Assembly: GCF_009914755.1 (NCBI RefSeq)
Contig: NC_060935.1
Origin: the human T2T-CHM13v2.0 reference genome, Homo sapiens
Direction: 5' to 3' (one strand)
Length of the DNA stretch: 64,000 nucleotides
Shown: positions 12,085-37,100 of the stretch, in pieces
Layout of the letters: every line of letters begins with the position of its first letter
How positions within the stretch are numbered: the stretch's first letter is position 1
Program-made: the position numbers and the translations under genes
Notes under the pieces: generated by a model
Told to the model about the DNA's origin: nothing
What the model saw: the letters and a program-made list of their open reading frames with translations, nothing else
The model's database searches: none

Positions 12085-13300
12085 AAGTCAATATTTACAT
12101 AGTCATTCAAAGATAGTATCTTTGTTTTTCTATGAAAAAATTCCCCAGCATATGAGAATATTCAACTACCTTTCTACATTATTAAGTTTAAGCATCTTTA
12201 TATTTTTGTCATCTGTTTTGGATAGTGCCATAATTCTCTAACGACCGAGATAATGAAAAGCCTGTGTGGAAGTGTGGAAGCTGTAGCCACTAGGAACTAA
12301 TTCTATATCCCTGGATCAGCCATCCATTTCATGTGTTTTATGATCACACATAGATGCATGAGGTATCTACAATAATGCTCTGTGAAAGAAGCATTGCTTT
12401 TCTGGAGAATGATGTGAGTATTTGAAACCACTGACAGGAGATATTCATTGAAAATTCCTGTGATATGTTGATATGTAGCTAATGTCTTAAATCCATATGA
12501 GTTTTTAAGGAATTCTAATTTAGAAAGTTAAGCTAGCAAACATGAAAATTGTTCCACATATGGAATGTATATTTGGTTTTAATATGTAGCCTAATTTTTT
12601 CTTTTTCTATTTTCCAAATAAGAAAAAACATGTTCCATATTACAGGTATAATAAACCAATATATTTATAATTATAATCTTAGTTTGTGGGATGTTATATT
12701 TTATATGATATATTAGTAAAGGTGTACAACTAATTTCAGATATATTTGATTGGAAAGTTTAAAATTTCAGATCATGTCAAGTGTGTAGGAGGGTAAAGGA
12801 ACAAATGCCTGTTAGTTCTGGAAGCATAATATGGGTTTTTACTTATAAATCTAAAAATTATTCCAGTAAATGTACTAGTAAATAAATATGCTCAGGTAAG
12901 AACCTTGTCTACTGTCATTTAAATAGATTTATAAAAGTGTGACTGTGAAATGTATTATGAAGGTTTTCTGTTATTATGGAATTTTGTCTTTTGAAAATGT
13001 CATGTTCTCAGGAAACTACGTTAAATCATTGTTTTTCTAGAAAAATGTCAACAGTAGTTTACATTGAAGTCATAGTAATGCTATCTTTCAGTTTTTAAAG
13101 TATAATATTTTTAATTACTTAAGCTATAGAGGATAGTTTACATATCTTATTTTTTACAAGTAAACATTTAAATTGCTAAAATAATTATGCTGTTGAAATC
13201 TAGTTTTGATGATGGAAGAGGGAAAATCACTAAACCTTTCAGCAAGTAAGGTGTGAAAAAATAATAGGATTAGCTATAGGCTACATTATTCCCTTGTGTT
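12085..13300 (+). repeat. Segmental/tandem duplication, segment B copy 2
   Basis: Aligns with 1-1270. Similarity stops abruptly after cattattccctt.tgtt. Confidence 0.92.
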
Positions 13301-14627
13301 GCAACTCAGATCTGCTTCAGTGGCGAGATACAGTTTGTCCTCAAGCCTTTCTCTTCTAATTCGCCTCAAGTAAGAGAATCCTAAAAGAGCTGTTCTGACC
13401 ATGTATAAGAATATATAAATTCAAATGGCATAAGGGATATATTACAGTATACATAAGGAGGTTCTGCCCTGCCCTTCATTTAGGAAAGAAGGATTTATTT
13501 TTCCAGCTGTTGAGTGTGCTGTTAGTAGACAGCATTCAGATGATATCCCCTTCAGTATCTTTAGAAGTTGCAGAAAGCCACCTCAATAAAGGTCTCATGC
13601 CCTTTCCCAGAGCAGTCCCTCTTTGCATCCAGGTTGACATTTAGGTTCAGATATCATTAGATCATACTGCTCTTCCAACTACTTTGTCATCATTTTTCCA
13701 TTTTTAAATTTTGAATTTCCTCATTAGCTTATGAAACCTGTTAGCCAGTGTCCATTTTCAGTGTAGATCCATAAGTATGGTTATTATTCCTTCCACATAC
13801 TGTGGAAAACCAGACTGACTGCTCAAAATACTCCCATCCTTCACTCCAGTGCTTCCAGACTACCTTCCAGGGACAGTGCAACAGTTTCTACTTTTGTCTG
13901 TTTTTGCCATTCCATGCAGATTGGTTACTTCTTTTGTTGTTGTAATCTTTAAAACATAGTTTGTTTTTTATTTTCTTTATTGAGGTGTATGTGACAAAAA
14001 ATGTATAACATATATTTAAGATGTACAGTGTGATATTTTAATAAATGTATACATTGTGAAATGATTACCACAATCAATATGTTCATCACCTCACATAATT
14101 ACCTTTTGTGTTTGGTGAGAATACTTAAGATGTATTTTCTCAGCAAACTTCAAGTGTGCAATATGGTATTATCAAGTATAGTCTCTATGCTGTAACTTAG
14201 CTCTCCAGAACTTACTCATTCTGCATGACTGAATCTTGTACTCTTTGACCAACATCTCTTTTCTTCTCCCTGCATTCCATCCCAATCACCATTATACTCT
14301 CTGCTCTTAAGAATTTGACTTCTTTTTTAGATTCCACATGTAATTAAAATCATGTGGTATTTACCCTTCAGTGTGGAGAACAGGGAACCCTGTTATATAG
14401 TTGGTGGGAATGTAAATTGATACAGCCATTATAGAAGGCACTATGGAGGATAAAACTACCATCTGATCCAGCAATCCCACTACTTGGTATGTATCAAAAG
14501 AAAATGAAGTTAGTATCTTGAAGAGATACCTGCACTCCAATATGAAATGCGGCATTATTCATAATCACCAGGATATGGAAACAACTTACATATCCATCAG
14601 TAGATGAATGAGTAAAGGCAATGTGAC

Positions 14628-14636
14628 ATCTATCTT

Positions 14637-14689
<53 letters not shown>

Positions 14690-14732
14690 TCATCTACCTA
14701 TCTATCATCTATCTGTCATCAATCATCTATCT
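14628..14732 (+). repeat. (TCTA)n / GATA microsatellite
   Basis: About 13 perfect tcta units followed by degenerate units. Confidence 0.97.
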
Positions 14733-15052
14733 AACTAATGTACACATGCACACTTATACTCACATAATATATGGTATTATTGACTACAGACATTATGCTG
14801 TACCTTAGATCACCAGTATTACTTCATCCAAAAAAATGAAAATTTGTACTTTTTGCCCTTTGTATTTGTATATGTAATGCAATAATATTTCATAATCAAA
14901 TATTATTAAACCTTCAAAAGATCATTCTGCTATTTTTGACAACATGAATGAACTTGGAAGACTTAATAACCTCTTTGTTTTATTTTGTTTTTAATTGACA
15001 AACAGTAATTGTTTAAGAAGTAATTCTTTAAATAAGTTTGTCAGTCTTATTA

Positions 15053-15183
15053 TTTTCTTCTTTCTCTGTCTTTTCTTTCTTTCTTTCTTTTCTTTGTTTC
15101 TTTCTTTCTTTGTTTCTTTCTTTCTTTCCTTCTTTCTTCTTTTCTTTCTTTTTTTCTCTCTTTCTTTCTTTTTTTCTTTCTTT
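15053..15183 (+). repeat. (TTTC)n degenerate microsatellite
   Basis: Pyrimidine tract built from tttc units. Confidence 0.95.
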
Positions 15184-16461
15184 GTGGAGTACAGTGGGAT
15201 GTTTTTATATCATGTGCAATAACAGAAATGTACCTAGAGGACATTATGCTAAGTGAAATGTTTTCTTGAATAGATATTTAGTGCACTGATTTTCAGTCTT
15301 TGTTATTTTCTAGAAAATGCAAGTAATATTTTAGCTGAGTTTTACAAGCTTTGATATGTTGTATTTTCATTATTATTAGGCTCAAAATACTTCCTAACTT
15401 CTGTGATTTATTTTTACTAATGGATTATTTAAAAGTGGTGTGTTTAATTTTGAGATAGAAAATTTCTGGGTAATTTTAGTTTTTTATTTTCTAGCTGATT
15501 TTCTTGGTGTTCAGTGACATATTTTATTATGGTGATTATAGGAAATTCATAGACAGTGGTTTTATGAACCAGTATATGATTGATTTTGGAAAATGTTTCA
15601 TATGCTCCTGAAAAGAAAGTGTATTTTCATGGTGTTGTATGTGATGATCTCTTACGTCAGTGGGTCAAATTTTCTAAATGGTTTTGTTTGAATCATAAAT
15701 ATCTTTATAAATTTTTTGTGCATATATTCTAGCACTTAGAGTTGTGCTAAAATCTTCCTGTATTATTGTTGATTTGCCTATTTCTCCTTTTGTTTCAGCC
15801 TATTTTAAAAAAATAACTTATAAAGTTGTGCTTTCAGGTGCATACCAATTTATAATTTTATCTTCATATTGCTAATCTTTTGCCATTATAAAAATTTATT
15901 TCTGGAAATATTTCTTGCCTTGAAGTCTAGTTTTGTCTGATATTAGCACAGAAATAGTGTTCTTTTGGTCAGAATTTATGCACTTTATTCTATTATTTTA
16001 TTTTCACCTTTTCATACTGTTATTTAAGATGTTTCTCTTACCATTGTGTTCTATTTCTTAAATAGGAGAATTTTGCTCATTAAAAAGATAAAGTTAATTA
16101 TGTATTGAATTCAAATCCACCACTTTTCTTTTGGTTTCATACTTATTAATTTTACATATGATTAACATTCATGTTATTTATTTCTATATTTCTTCTTTCA
16201 ATTAGTCTTCCTTCTTTCCTGCATTTCCTTTTTCCATTTCAGAGCTTTTTCCTTCCTTCCAAAGATCCTTCTTCAGAGCTCTTATTCCATAGTTTGTGCC
16301 TGATTCTAGAATCTCTAAATATTTTTTAAATTAGTCAGAAAAATCTGCATTTTATATTCACTTCTGTGAGATTTTAAATGGATTCTATGTTGACATTTTT
16401 ATTCATTTATCACTGTGAAGATGTATTTCCTTTTTCTTTTGGTTTTCACTGCATCTTTTAA

Positions 16462-16966
<505 letters not shown>

Positions 16967-18032
16967 TTATTATTATTTTATTGAATGCAGTATGTTCTTA
17001 AAATTTTGTCTGTATTTAGCTTTTATTCTGCTGTACCTTTTCTGTTTATCCTTTTAAAACAAATTATTGTTTTTAAAATTCATTCTTCATGAAACTCATA
17101 AAACCTTACAAATTCATAGCTTAATATCTCTCAGCAGTTTCAGAGAATTTTCAGCAATATCTCTTCAAATATTTTGCCGACCTGATTCTCTTTCTCTCCC
17201 TTTTCTGGAATTGTAATTAAATTAAAAGTATGGCAGAGTTTTGCACTGTGTCCTTTATATCTCTTTTATACTGTTTTCTGCATTTGCTTTTTTTTTGCTG
17301 TCTGCTTTGGTCTGCATATTTTCTTCTAATATTTTTTGCAGTTTATTAATTTTCTATTTTTTTGTCTCTAATTTGCTGTTAAATCCCACCATTATGTTTT
17401 TAATTTGTTATTATACATTTTAGTTTTTCAGTTTATTTTGTTCATTTTATTATTTATCTTGTTTTAATATTTGTTCATACTGAACTTATTAAAAATGCTT
17501 ATATTTCATTATCTAGATCATCTGTTTTTTTATTGCACTTGCCTTTCAATCATGCCATTTCTACTATACTTTGTTACTTTTTTTGAGTGCCCAATTTTGC
17601 ATGTGAAAAGTGGCAATTCAATAATTTTTTGGGATTTTTTTTTAAAAGAGAGAATTTCCTGTGTTTCTACTCAAGAGTTGGGATTGGAGAATAAAAAATC
17701 CCAGATAGTCTTAATTCAATCAAGAAATTAGAGGATGAAAGATGGACTTCAGTTCCTTTGAGGACTGCCTTATTGTCTGTGCATTCCTACTCCAAGAGTA
17801 AATACCCTTGTGATGTAGTCATACAAAGATAGTATCTTGTGGTCTCAAATGAAAGCCTTGTTGTTTATAAAGGACTCTTTTCCTTGGTAGAGCTTCAATT
17901 TTACATGTTGTCCCTTAGGGTAAATAATCTATAGAAAGTTGCACACATATTTTCAGGCTTTCATTTATGATTTTGGGAATTATCTCACTTTTAGAGAAAT
18001 TAGACTCTAAATGTGGTGTTCTGCTCTCTAGC

Positions 18033-18141
18033 TTTCTTTTTCTTTTCTGAGACAGCGTCTTGCTATGTTGCCCAAGCTGGACTCAAACTCCTGGGCTTAA
18101 GGGATTCTCCCACCTCAGTCTTAAAAATGGCTGGGACTACA
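18033..18141 (-). mobile_element. FLAM/Alu monomer fragment
   Basis: gagacagcgtcttgctatgttgcccaagctggactcaaactcctgggcttaag.gattctcccacctcag..gctgggactaca. Confidence 0.8.
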
Positions 18142-20011
18142 TAACATACTGATATGGTGTGGCTGTGTCCTCGCCCAAATCTTATCTTGAATTTTAATCT
18201 CCATTAAGCCCATGTGTCATGGGAGGGATGAGGTGGGAGGTAATTGAGTCATGGATGTGGTTTCCCCCATGCTGTTCTCATGTTTGTGAGTGAGTTCTCA
18301 TGAGATCTGATGGTTTTATAAGTGTCTGGCATTCCCCTTTCTGGCACTTATTCTCTCTCCTCTCACCCCGTGAAGAGGCATGATTGTAAGTTACCTGAGG
18401 CTTTCCCAATCGTGCAGAACTGTGAGTCAATTCAACCTATTTTCTTTATAAATTAACGAATCTGGGGTATTTCCTTCTAGCAATGTGAGAACAGAGTAAT
18501 ACACATGCATTTCCGCTTTTAAAAAAAGAAATATATATTGTATCTATATTTAAGTTTCTTGTTTGGTAATAGGTATGGATTGCAGAGAATTATTATAAAC
18601 CATGGAAATTTTTGGCAATTTCTACATTAGTTGATATTTTTGATGAATTTTTTATTATTGGAGAAATTAAATGCAGATTCTGGGCTGTTGTAGGCATCAT
18701 CTGATACAACAAGCACTATTGTGTCATTCAGAGAATTGGAAAGCAGTGCAGTTATTTGAATTCAGCTAGAAAGGACATAGATAATTATGACTTATTTTTA
18801 TATTAGTTCTCCATCTTGGAGTCATAGTATAAACCACAGTATCTTTGATCACATCTGATAGTTTTCAGAATTAAAGCTGTGTTTGTGCATCTTTTACCAC
18901 TTAGCAGTAAGAGAGCACAACACTTGCAGACATTCTCTCCAAATTTTAGCAGTAATATGTGTTACATTTGGGGTGGATGAATTTAATCCATTTATTAGTT
19001 AAGTTGAAAATGACCAACTTCTAGTGGAGCCATTTACATGATAAAGATATTAGCTGGTTCAGATAAGTATTTATGAGACTCTTCATCTAGGCTCTTATGA
19101 CACCGAAGATCCAATATTTAACTAAATATATGATGAGGTGGAGGTGTTCAGTGGAGCCAATGGTAAGCCAAGTCATGGAAATAACAAAGGCAGACCTTAA
19201 GCACTGCTCTCTTCTTGGCAAATAAAAATGCCTTATTGTAGAAACAGTTATTGAATTGATATTGGAATAAAATTAAAGGATTGATTCTGACATACATTCA
19301 GGTCTTGATCAAAAGCTTGTACTCTAACCTAAAACTGCAGAACTAAGATGATCTATTATTCCAAGAATCAGAATGTCAACTTCCGTTCTTAACGCTCTCT
19401 GCTTCTGAGCCTCAGGGATTCTTGGGAATGGACTTTCTAACAGGAAGAATAAGGCTCTCCTTGCTGAGAATATGCTTAGGGAAGAGAACCTGGGGCTGGT
19501 TTCCCCTTCATTCTGGCTTAAATATTACTTGTCTTCTCAGTATTTCAGAATGTGAAACTCATAATTTATTGTTCAATTTTCCTTAGAATATATTTTTCAC
19601 ATTATAGGCTTTTCACATTACTTGGCATTTAGCTACTGTTCCTTGGGGAGACCCATGTCTTTTTCCTCTAGAGATTTTCTAAGGGGAAAGAAAGTGTTCA
19701 GAGAGATTACTTCATTTGAATTCATTCCAAATATTCAAATTAACTTATCTATAATGACCAAACTGTCTCATTTATTTAATATAGTGATGATGTAACAGTC
19801 ATAGATTGTGTCTACAAACATGTAAGAAATATTATCCTGATAGAATCACACAAGAGATATCTGAAGAGTTAATTTCTGCCCAAGTTAGAGTATGTCTTCA
19901 GTTGGTATCTAGTCCTCTAGGTGTGATGTTTTATGTCATATCCTCCATTTATTTTAAAAAATTGTGAAGGTTTTCAATATACTGGAATGAGGTAGGGGAT
20001 ATACAGCGACA

Positions 20012-20012
<1 letters not shown>
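18113..20012 (+). repeat. Segmental/tandem duplication, segment A copy 2 (ends at L1 poly-T)
   Basis: Aligns with 8741-10153 plus 11255-11770. Confidence 0.92.
18150..18503 (+). mobile_element. THE1 solo LTR (duplicate of 8778-9130)
   Basis: tgatatggtgtggctgtgtcc...gagtaataca, TSD catac/catgc, same flanks as copy 1. Confidence 0.92.
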
Positions 20013-25607
<5,595 letters not shown>

Positions 25608-28390
25608 TACCTAAACCTTTCTTTTCATTTAGCAGTTTGGAAACACTGATTTCTTATAAAATGCCAAGAGATATTTGGTACCGCACTGAGGCCTTTGGTG
25701 AAAAAGGATACATCTTCATAGAAAAACTAGAAAGAATCTTTCTGCGAACCTGGTTTGGGTTGTGTGCATTCATCGCAGTGAGTTAAACCTGACTTTTGAT
25801 TCAGCGCTTTGGTAACACTGTTTTTGTCCAGTCTGTGAATGGATGTTTGGGAGCTCATTGAGGCCAATGGCTTAAAAGGGAATAACCCAGGAATAAAACT
25901 AGAAGAAAGCTATCTGAGAAATCACTTTGTGATGTCTTATTCATCTAGCAGAGTTAAATCTTTTCTTTCATTCAGCAGTTTGGAAACACGGTTTTTGGAG
26001 AACCTGTGAAAAGATATTTGCCAGTGCATTGATGCCTATGGTCAAAAAGGAAAAATCTTTATGTAAATACTGGAAAGAATCTTTCTGAGAAAATGCTTTG
26101 TGATGTGTTCATTCATATCACAGAGTTAAAACTTTCTTTAGATTCAGTAGTTTGGAAGCACTGCCTTTCTTCATTCTGCAAGTGGACATTTTGGAGCTTA
26201 TTGAGACCAATGTCAAAAAAGCGAGTATCCCAGGATAAAAACTAGAAGGAAGTTATCTGAGAAACCGATTTTTGATGTGTGCATTCATCTCACAGAGTTC
26301 AACTTTTCTTTTCATTCAGCAGTTTGACAACAGGGTTTTCTTAGAATCTGCAAAGAGATATTTCATAGCGCATTGTGGCCTTTGGTGAAAAAGGAAATAT
26401 CTTCAAATAAAAACTAGAAAGAAGCCGAATGAGAAACGGGTTAGGGATGTGGGCATTCATCTCACAGAGTTAAAACTTTCTTTGGATTTAGCAGTTTGGA
26501 AACACTGTTTTTTTAGAAACTGTGAAAGGATATTTGGCAGTGCGTTGATGCCTGTGGTCAAAAAGGAAATATCTTCAGATGAAAACTAGAAAGAAGCTTT
26601 CTGAGAAACTGCTTTGTGATGCTTTCATTCATCTCATAGAGTTAAACCTTTCTTTGGATTCAGCAGTTTGGAAACACTGTGTTTGTCCATTCAGTGAATG
26701 GAGATTTGTGAGGTTATTGAGGCCAATGGAGAAAAAGTGAATATCTCAGGATCAAAACTAGAAGGAAGTTATCTGAGAAACCTAATATTGATGTGCACAT
26801 TCATCTAACAGATTTCAACTTTTCTTTTCATTCAGCCGTTTGGAAACAGGGTTTTCTTAGAATCTGTGAGGAGATGTTTTGTACCACATTGACACCTATG
26901 GTGAAAAAGGAAATATCTTCAAATAAAAACTAGAATAAAGCTTAATGAGAAACAGGTTTGGGATGTGTGCATTCATCTCAGAGAGGTAAACTTTTCTTTG
27001 GATTCAGCAGTTTGGAAACACTGTTTTTGTCCATTCTGCAAATGGACATTTGGGAGCTCATTGGGTCAAAGGTGAAAAAGTGACTCTCAGAGGATTAAAA
27101 ATAGAAGGAAGCTCTCTGAGAAACCACTTTTTAATCTCTGCATTCATCTATCAGAGTTAAACATCTCCTTTCATTTAGCAGTTTTGAAGCACTGTTTTTG
27201 TAGAAACTGCAAAAGAGCATATGGCACCTCATTGAAGCCTAAGGTAAAAAAAAAATATCTTTGGATAAAAACTAGAAAGAAGCATTCTGGGAAACTTCTT
27301 TGTGATGCATTTATTTGTCTCACAGAGTTAGACTTTTCTTTGTGTTCAGCAGTTTGGAAACACTGTTTCTGTTGATTCTGCGAATGGACATTTGGGAGCT
27401 CAATGAGGTCAATGGCAAAAAACCGAATGTCCCAGGATTAAAAATAGAAGGAATTTGCCTGAGAAACCGTTTTTTTTATGTGTGCATTCATCCAGCAGAG
27501 TTAAACCTTTCTTTTCATTCAGTAGTTTGGAAACACTGTATTTGTAGATACTGCAAAAGGATATTTGTCAGCACATTAAGGCCTATGGTGAAAAAGGAAA
27601 TATCTTCAGATTGAAACTAGAAACTTTCTGAAAGTCTGCTTGGTAAAGTGTACATTCATCTCACAGGTTTAAACGTCTCTTTGGATTCAGCAGTTTGGAA
27701 ATACTGTTTTTGCCCATTTTGCAAATGGACATTTTGGAGCTCATTGAGGCCAACGGCAAAAAACCGAATATCCCAGGATAAAATCTAGAAGGAAGTTATT
27801 TGAGAAACCGATTCATGAAGTGTGCATTCATCACACAGTGTTAAATCTTTCTTTTCTTTCAGCCGTTTGGAAACACTGTTTTCTTAGAATCTGCCAAGAG
27901 ATATATGGAAGACCATGGAGTTCAATGGTGAAAAAGGAAATATCTAGTGACAAAAACTAGAAAGAAGCTTAATGAAAAACTGGTTTGGGTTGTGTGCATT
28001 CATTTCAGAGAGGTAAACATGACTGGGTTCAGCAGTTTGCAAACAAAGTTTTTCTCCATTCTTGGAATGGACATTTGGGAACTCATTGAGGCCAATGGCG
28101 AAAAAGCGAATATCCCAGGATAAAAACTAGAGGTAAGTTATCTGAGACACCAATTCGTGATGTGTGCATTCATCTCAGAGATGAACCTTTCTTTTCATTA
28201 AGCAGTTTGGAAACATTGATTTCTTAGAATCTGTGAAGAGATATTTGGTAGCCATGGAGGGCTATGGTGAAAAAGGATGTATCTTCAAATAAAAATTGGA
28301 AAGAAGGTTTCTGAGAAACTGCTTTGTGATGAGTTCATTCATCCCACAGAGTTAAACCTTTCTTTGGATTCAGCAGTTTGGGAAAACTGT
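25608..28390 (+). repeat. Alpha satellite, old divergent dimer-like layer, block 1
   Basis: ~171-bp periodic tgtgatgtgtgcattcatctcacagagttaaacctttc..cagcagtttggaaacactg, with two monomer types mostly alternating. Confidence 0.97.
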
Positions 28391-34133
<5,743 letters not shown>

Positions 34134-37100
34134 GGAAACACTGTTTTTGTCCATTCTGTGATTTTACACTTTCTGACTCATTGAGGCCAATGGGGAAAAA
34201 GTGAATGTCCAAGGATAAAACTAGAAGGAAGTTATCTGAGAAACCTATTCATGATGCAGCCGTTTGGAAACACTGATTTCTTAGAATCTGCAAAGAGATA
34301 TTTGGAAGCACATTGAGGACCATGGTAAAAAAGGAAATATCTTCAGATAAAAAGTAGCAAGAAGCTTTCTGAGAAACTACTTTGTGATGTGTTCATTCAT
34401 CTCACAGAGTTAAAATTTCCTTGGATACAGCAGTTTGGAAATACTGCTTTTGTCCATTCTGAGAATGGACATTTCAGAGTTCTTTGAGGCCAATGTCAAA
34501 AAAGAGAATATCCCAATATAAAAACTTGAAGGAAGTTATCAGAGAAATCGATTTGGGATGTTTGCATTCATATCACAGAGTTAAATCTTTTTTTCATTCA
34601 CCAGTTTAGAAACACTGTTTTCTTAGAATCTGCCAAGGGATATTTGGAAGAGTATGGAGGCCAATGGTGAAAAAGGTAATATCTTCAGATAAAAATTAGA
34701 AAGAAGCTTAATGAGAAACTGGTTTTTATTTGTGCATTCATCCTACAGTGTTATATCTGTCTTTGTATTCAGCAGTTTGGAAACACAGCTTTTGTCCATT
34801 TTTGGATTGGACATTTGTGAACTCATTGAGGCCAATGGCAAAAAAGCATTTATCCCAGGATAAAAACTAGAACGAAGTTATCTGAGAAACCAGTTCATGA
34901 TATGTGCATTCATCTCAAAAAGTTAAAACTTTCTTTGCATTCAGCAGTTTGGAAACACTGTTTTTTTCGATTCTGCAAATGGATATTTGGAAGCTTATTG
35001 AAGCAAATGGCAAAAGAGCGAATATCCCAGGATAAAATCTAGAAGGAAGTTATCTGAGAAACCGCTTTGTGATGCATGCATTCATTTAGCAGAGTTAAAA
35101 CTTTCTTTTCATTCAGCAGTGTGGAAACAGTATTTTCCTAGAATCTGTGAAGAGATATTTGGTAGCGCATTGTGGCCCATTGTGAAAAAGGAATTATCTT
35201 CAGATAAAAACTAGCAAGAAGCTTTCTGAGAAACTGCTTTGTGATGTGTTCATTCATCCAACAGAGTTAAGCCTTTCTTTGGATTCAGCAGTTTGATAAC
35301 ACTGTTTTTGTCCATTCTGTGAATGGACGTTTGGGAGCTCACTGAAGCAAAAGGCAAAAAAGGAAATACCCCAGGATTAAAACTAGAAGGAAGCTATTGG
35401 AGAAACTGCTTTGTGATGTGTGCATTCATGTAGCAGAGATAAAGTTTCTTTTCATTCAGCAGTTTGGAATCACTGTGTTTGTAGAAACTGTGAAAGAATA
35501 TTAGCAGCCCATTAATGCCTATGGTGAAAAAGAGAATATCTTCAGATAAAAACTAGAAAGAAACATTCTGGGAAAGTGCTTTGTGATGTGTTCATTCATC
35601 TCACAAAGTTAAAACTTTCTTTCTATTCACCAGTTTGGAAATACTGATTTTGTCCATTTTGTGAATAGACATTTTGGAGTTCATTGAGGCCAAAGGGGAA
35701 AAAGTGAATATGCCAGGATTAAAACTAGAAGGAAGCTCCCTGAGAAACTGCTTTGTGATGTGTGCATTCATCTCATAGGGTTAAACCTTTGTTTTCATTC
35801 AGCAGTTTGGAAACACTGATTTCTTAGAATCTGCAAAGAGATATTTGGTAGCACATTGGGGCTCATGGTGAAAAAGGGAACATCTTCAGATTAAAACTAG
35901 CAAGAAGATTTCTGAGAAACTACTTTGTGATGTGTTCATTCATCTCACAGAGTTAAATTTTCCTTGGATTCGACAGTTTGGAAATACTGTTTTTGTCCAT
36001 TCTGTGAATGGATATTTGGGAGCTCATTGAGGCCAATGGTGAAAAAGAGAATATCCCGGGATAAAAACTTGCAGGAAGTTATCTGACAAACCGATTCATA
36101 ATGTGTGCATTCATCTCACAGAGTTAAATCTTTTTTTTTAATTCAGCAGTTTAGAAACACTGTTTTCTTAGAGTATGCCAAGAGATATTTGGAAGACTAT
36201 GGAGGCCAATGGTGAAAGAGGAAATATCTTCAGATAAAAACTAGAAAGAAGCTTAATGAGAAACTGGTTTCAGATGTGTGCATTCATCTCAGAGGGTTAA
36301 ACCTGTCTTTGGATTCAGCAGTTTGGAAACACACTTTTTTATCCATTCGTGGAATGGACATTTGGGAACTCATTGAGGCCAAGGGCAAAAAAGTGAATAT
36401 CCAATAATAACAACTAGAAGGAAGTTAACTGATAAAACAATTCATGAAGTGTGCCTTCATCTCACAGAGGTAAACCTTTCTTTTCATTCAGCAGTTTGGA
36501 AACACTGATTTCTTAGAATCTGTGAAGAGATATTCTGTAACACATTGAGGCCTATGGTGAAAAAGGATATATCTTCAGATAAAAACTAGAAAGAAGCTTT
36601 CTGAGAAACTGCTTTGTGATGTGTTCATTCATCCCACAGAGTTAAACCTTTATTTGGATTCAGCACTTTGGAAACACTGTTTCTGTTGATTCTATGAATG
36701 GACATTTGGGAGCTCATTGAGGCCAATGGGGCAAGAGAAAATATCCCAGGATAAAAACTAGAAGGAAATTATATGAGAAACCGATTCATGATGTATGCAT
36801 TCATCTCAGAGACTTAAACTTTTCTTTGGATTCAGTAGTTTGGAAACAATGTTTGGGTCCATTCTGGGAATGGACGTTTCAGAGTTCTTTGAGGTCAATG
36901 GCGATAAAGTGAATATCCCAGGATTAAAACTAGAAGGAAGCTATCTGAGAAACCGCTTTGTGATGTGTGCATTCATCTAGCAGAGTTGAACATTTCTTTT
37001 AATTCAGTGGTTTGGAAACAATTTTTTTGTAGAAACTGTGTAAGATCATTTGGCAGCACATTGATGCCTATGGTCAAAAAAATACCTCTTAAGATAAAAA

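Larger units (their letters stand above)
13960..15260. mobile_element. Old L1MA-type 3' fragments in both orientations
   Basis: Minus 3' end at 13960-14362 (tatacattgtgaaatgattaccacaatcaa..ttttagattccacatg). Plus ORF2-end/3'UTR pieces at 14369-14627, 14900-14965 and 15228-15259 (gatccagcaatcccactact; gacattatgctaagtgaaat). Confidence 0.8.
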
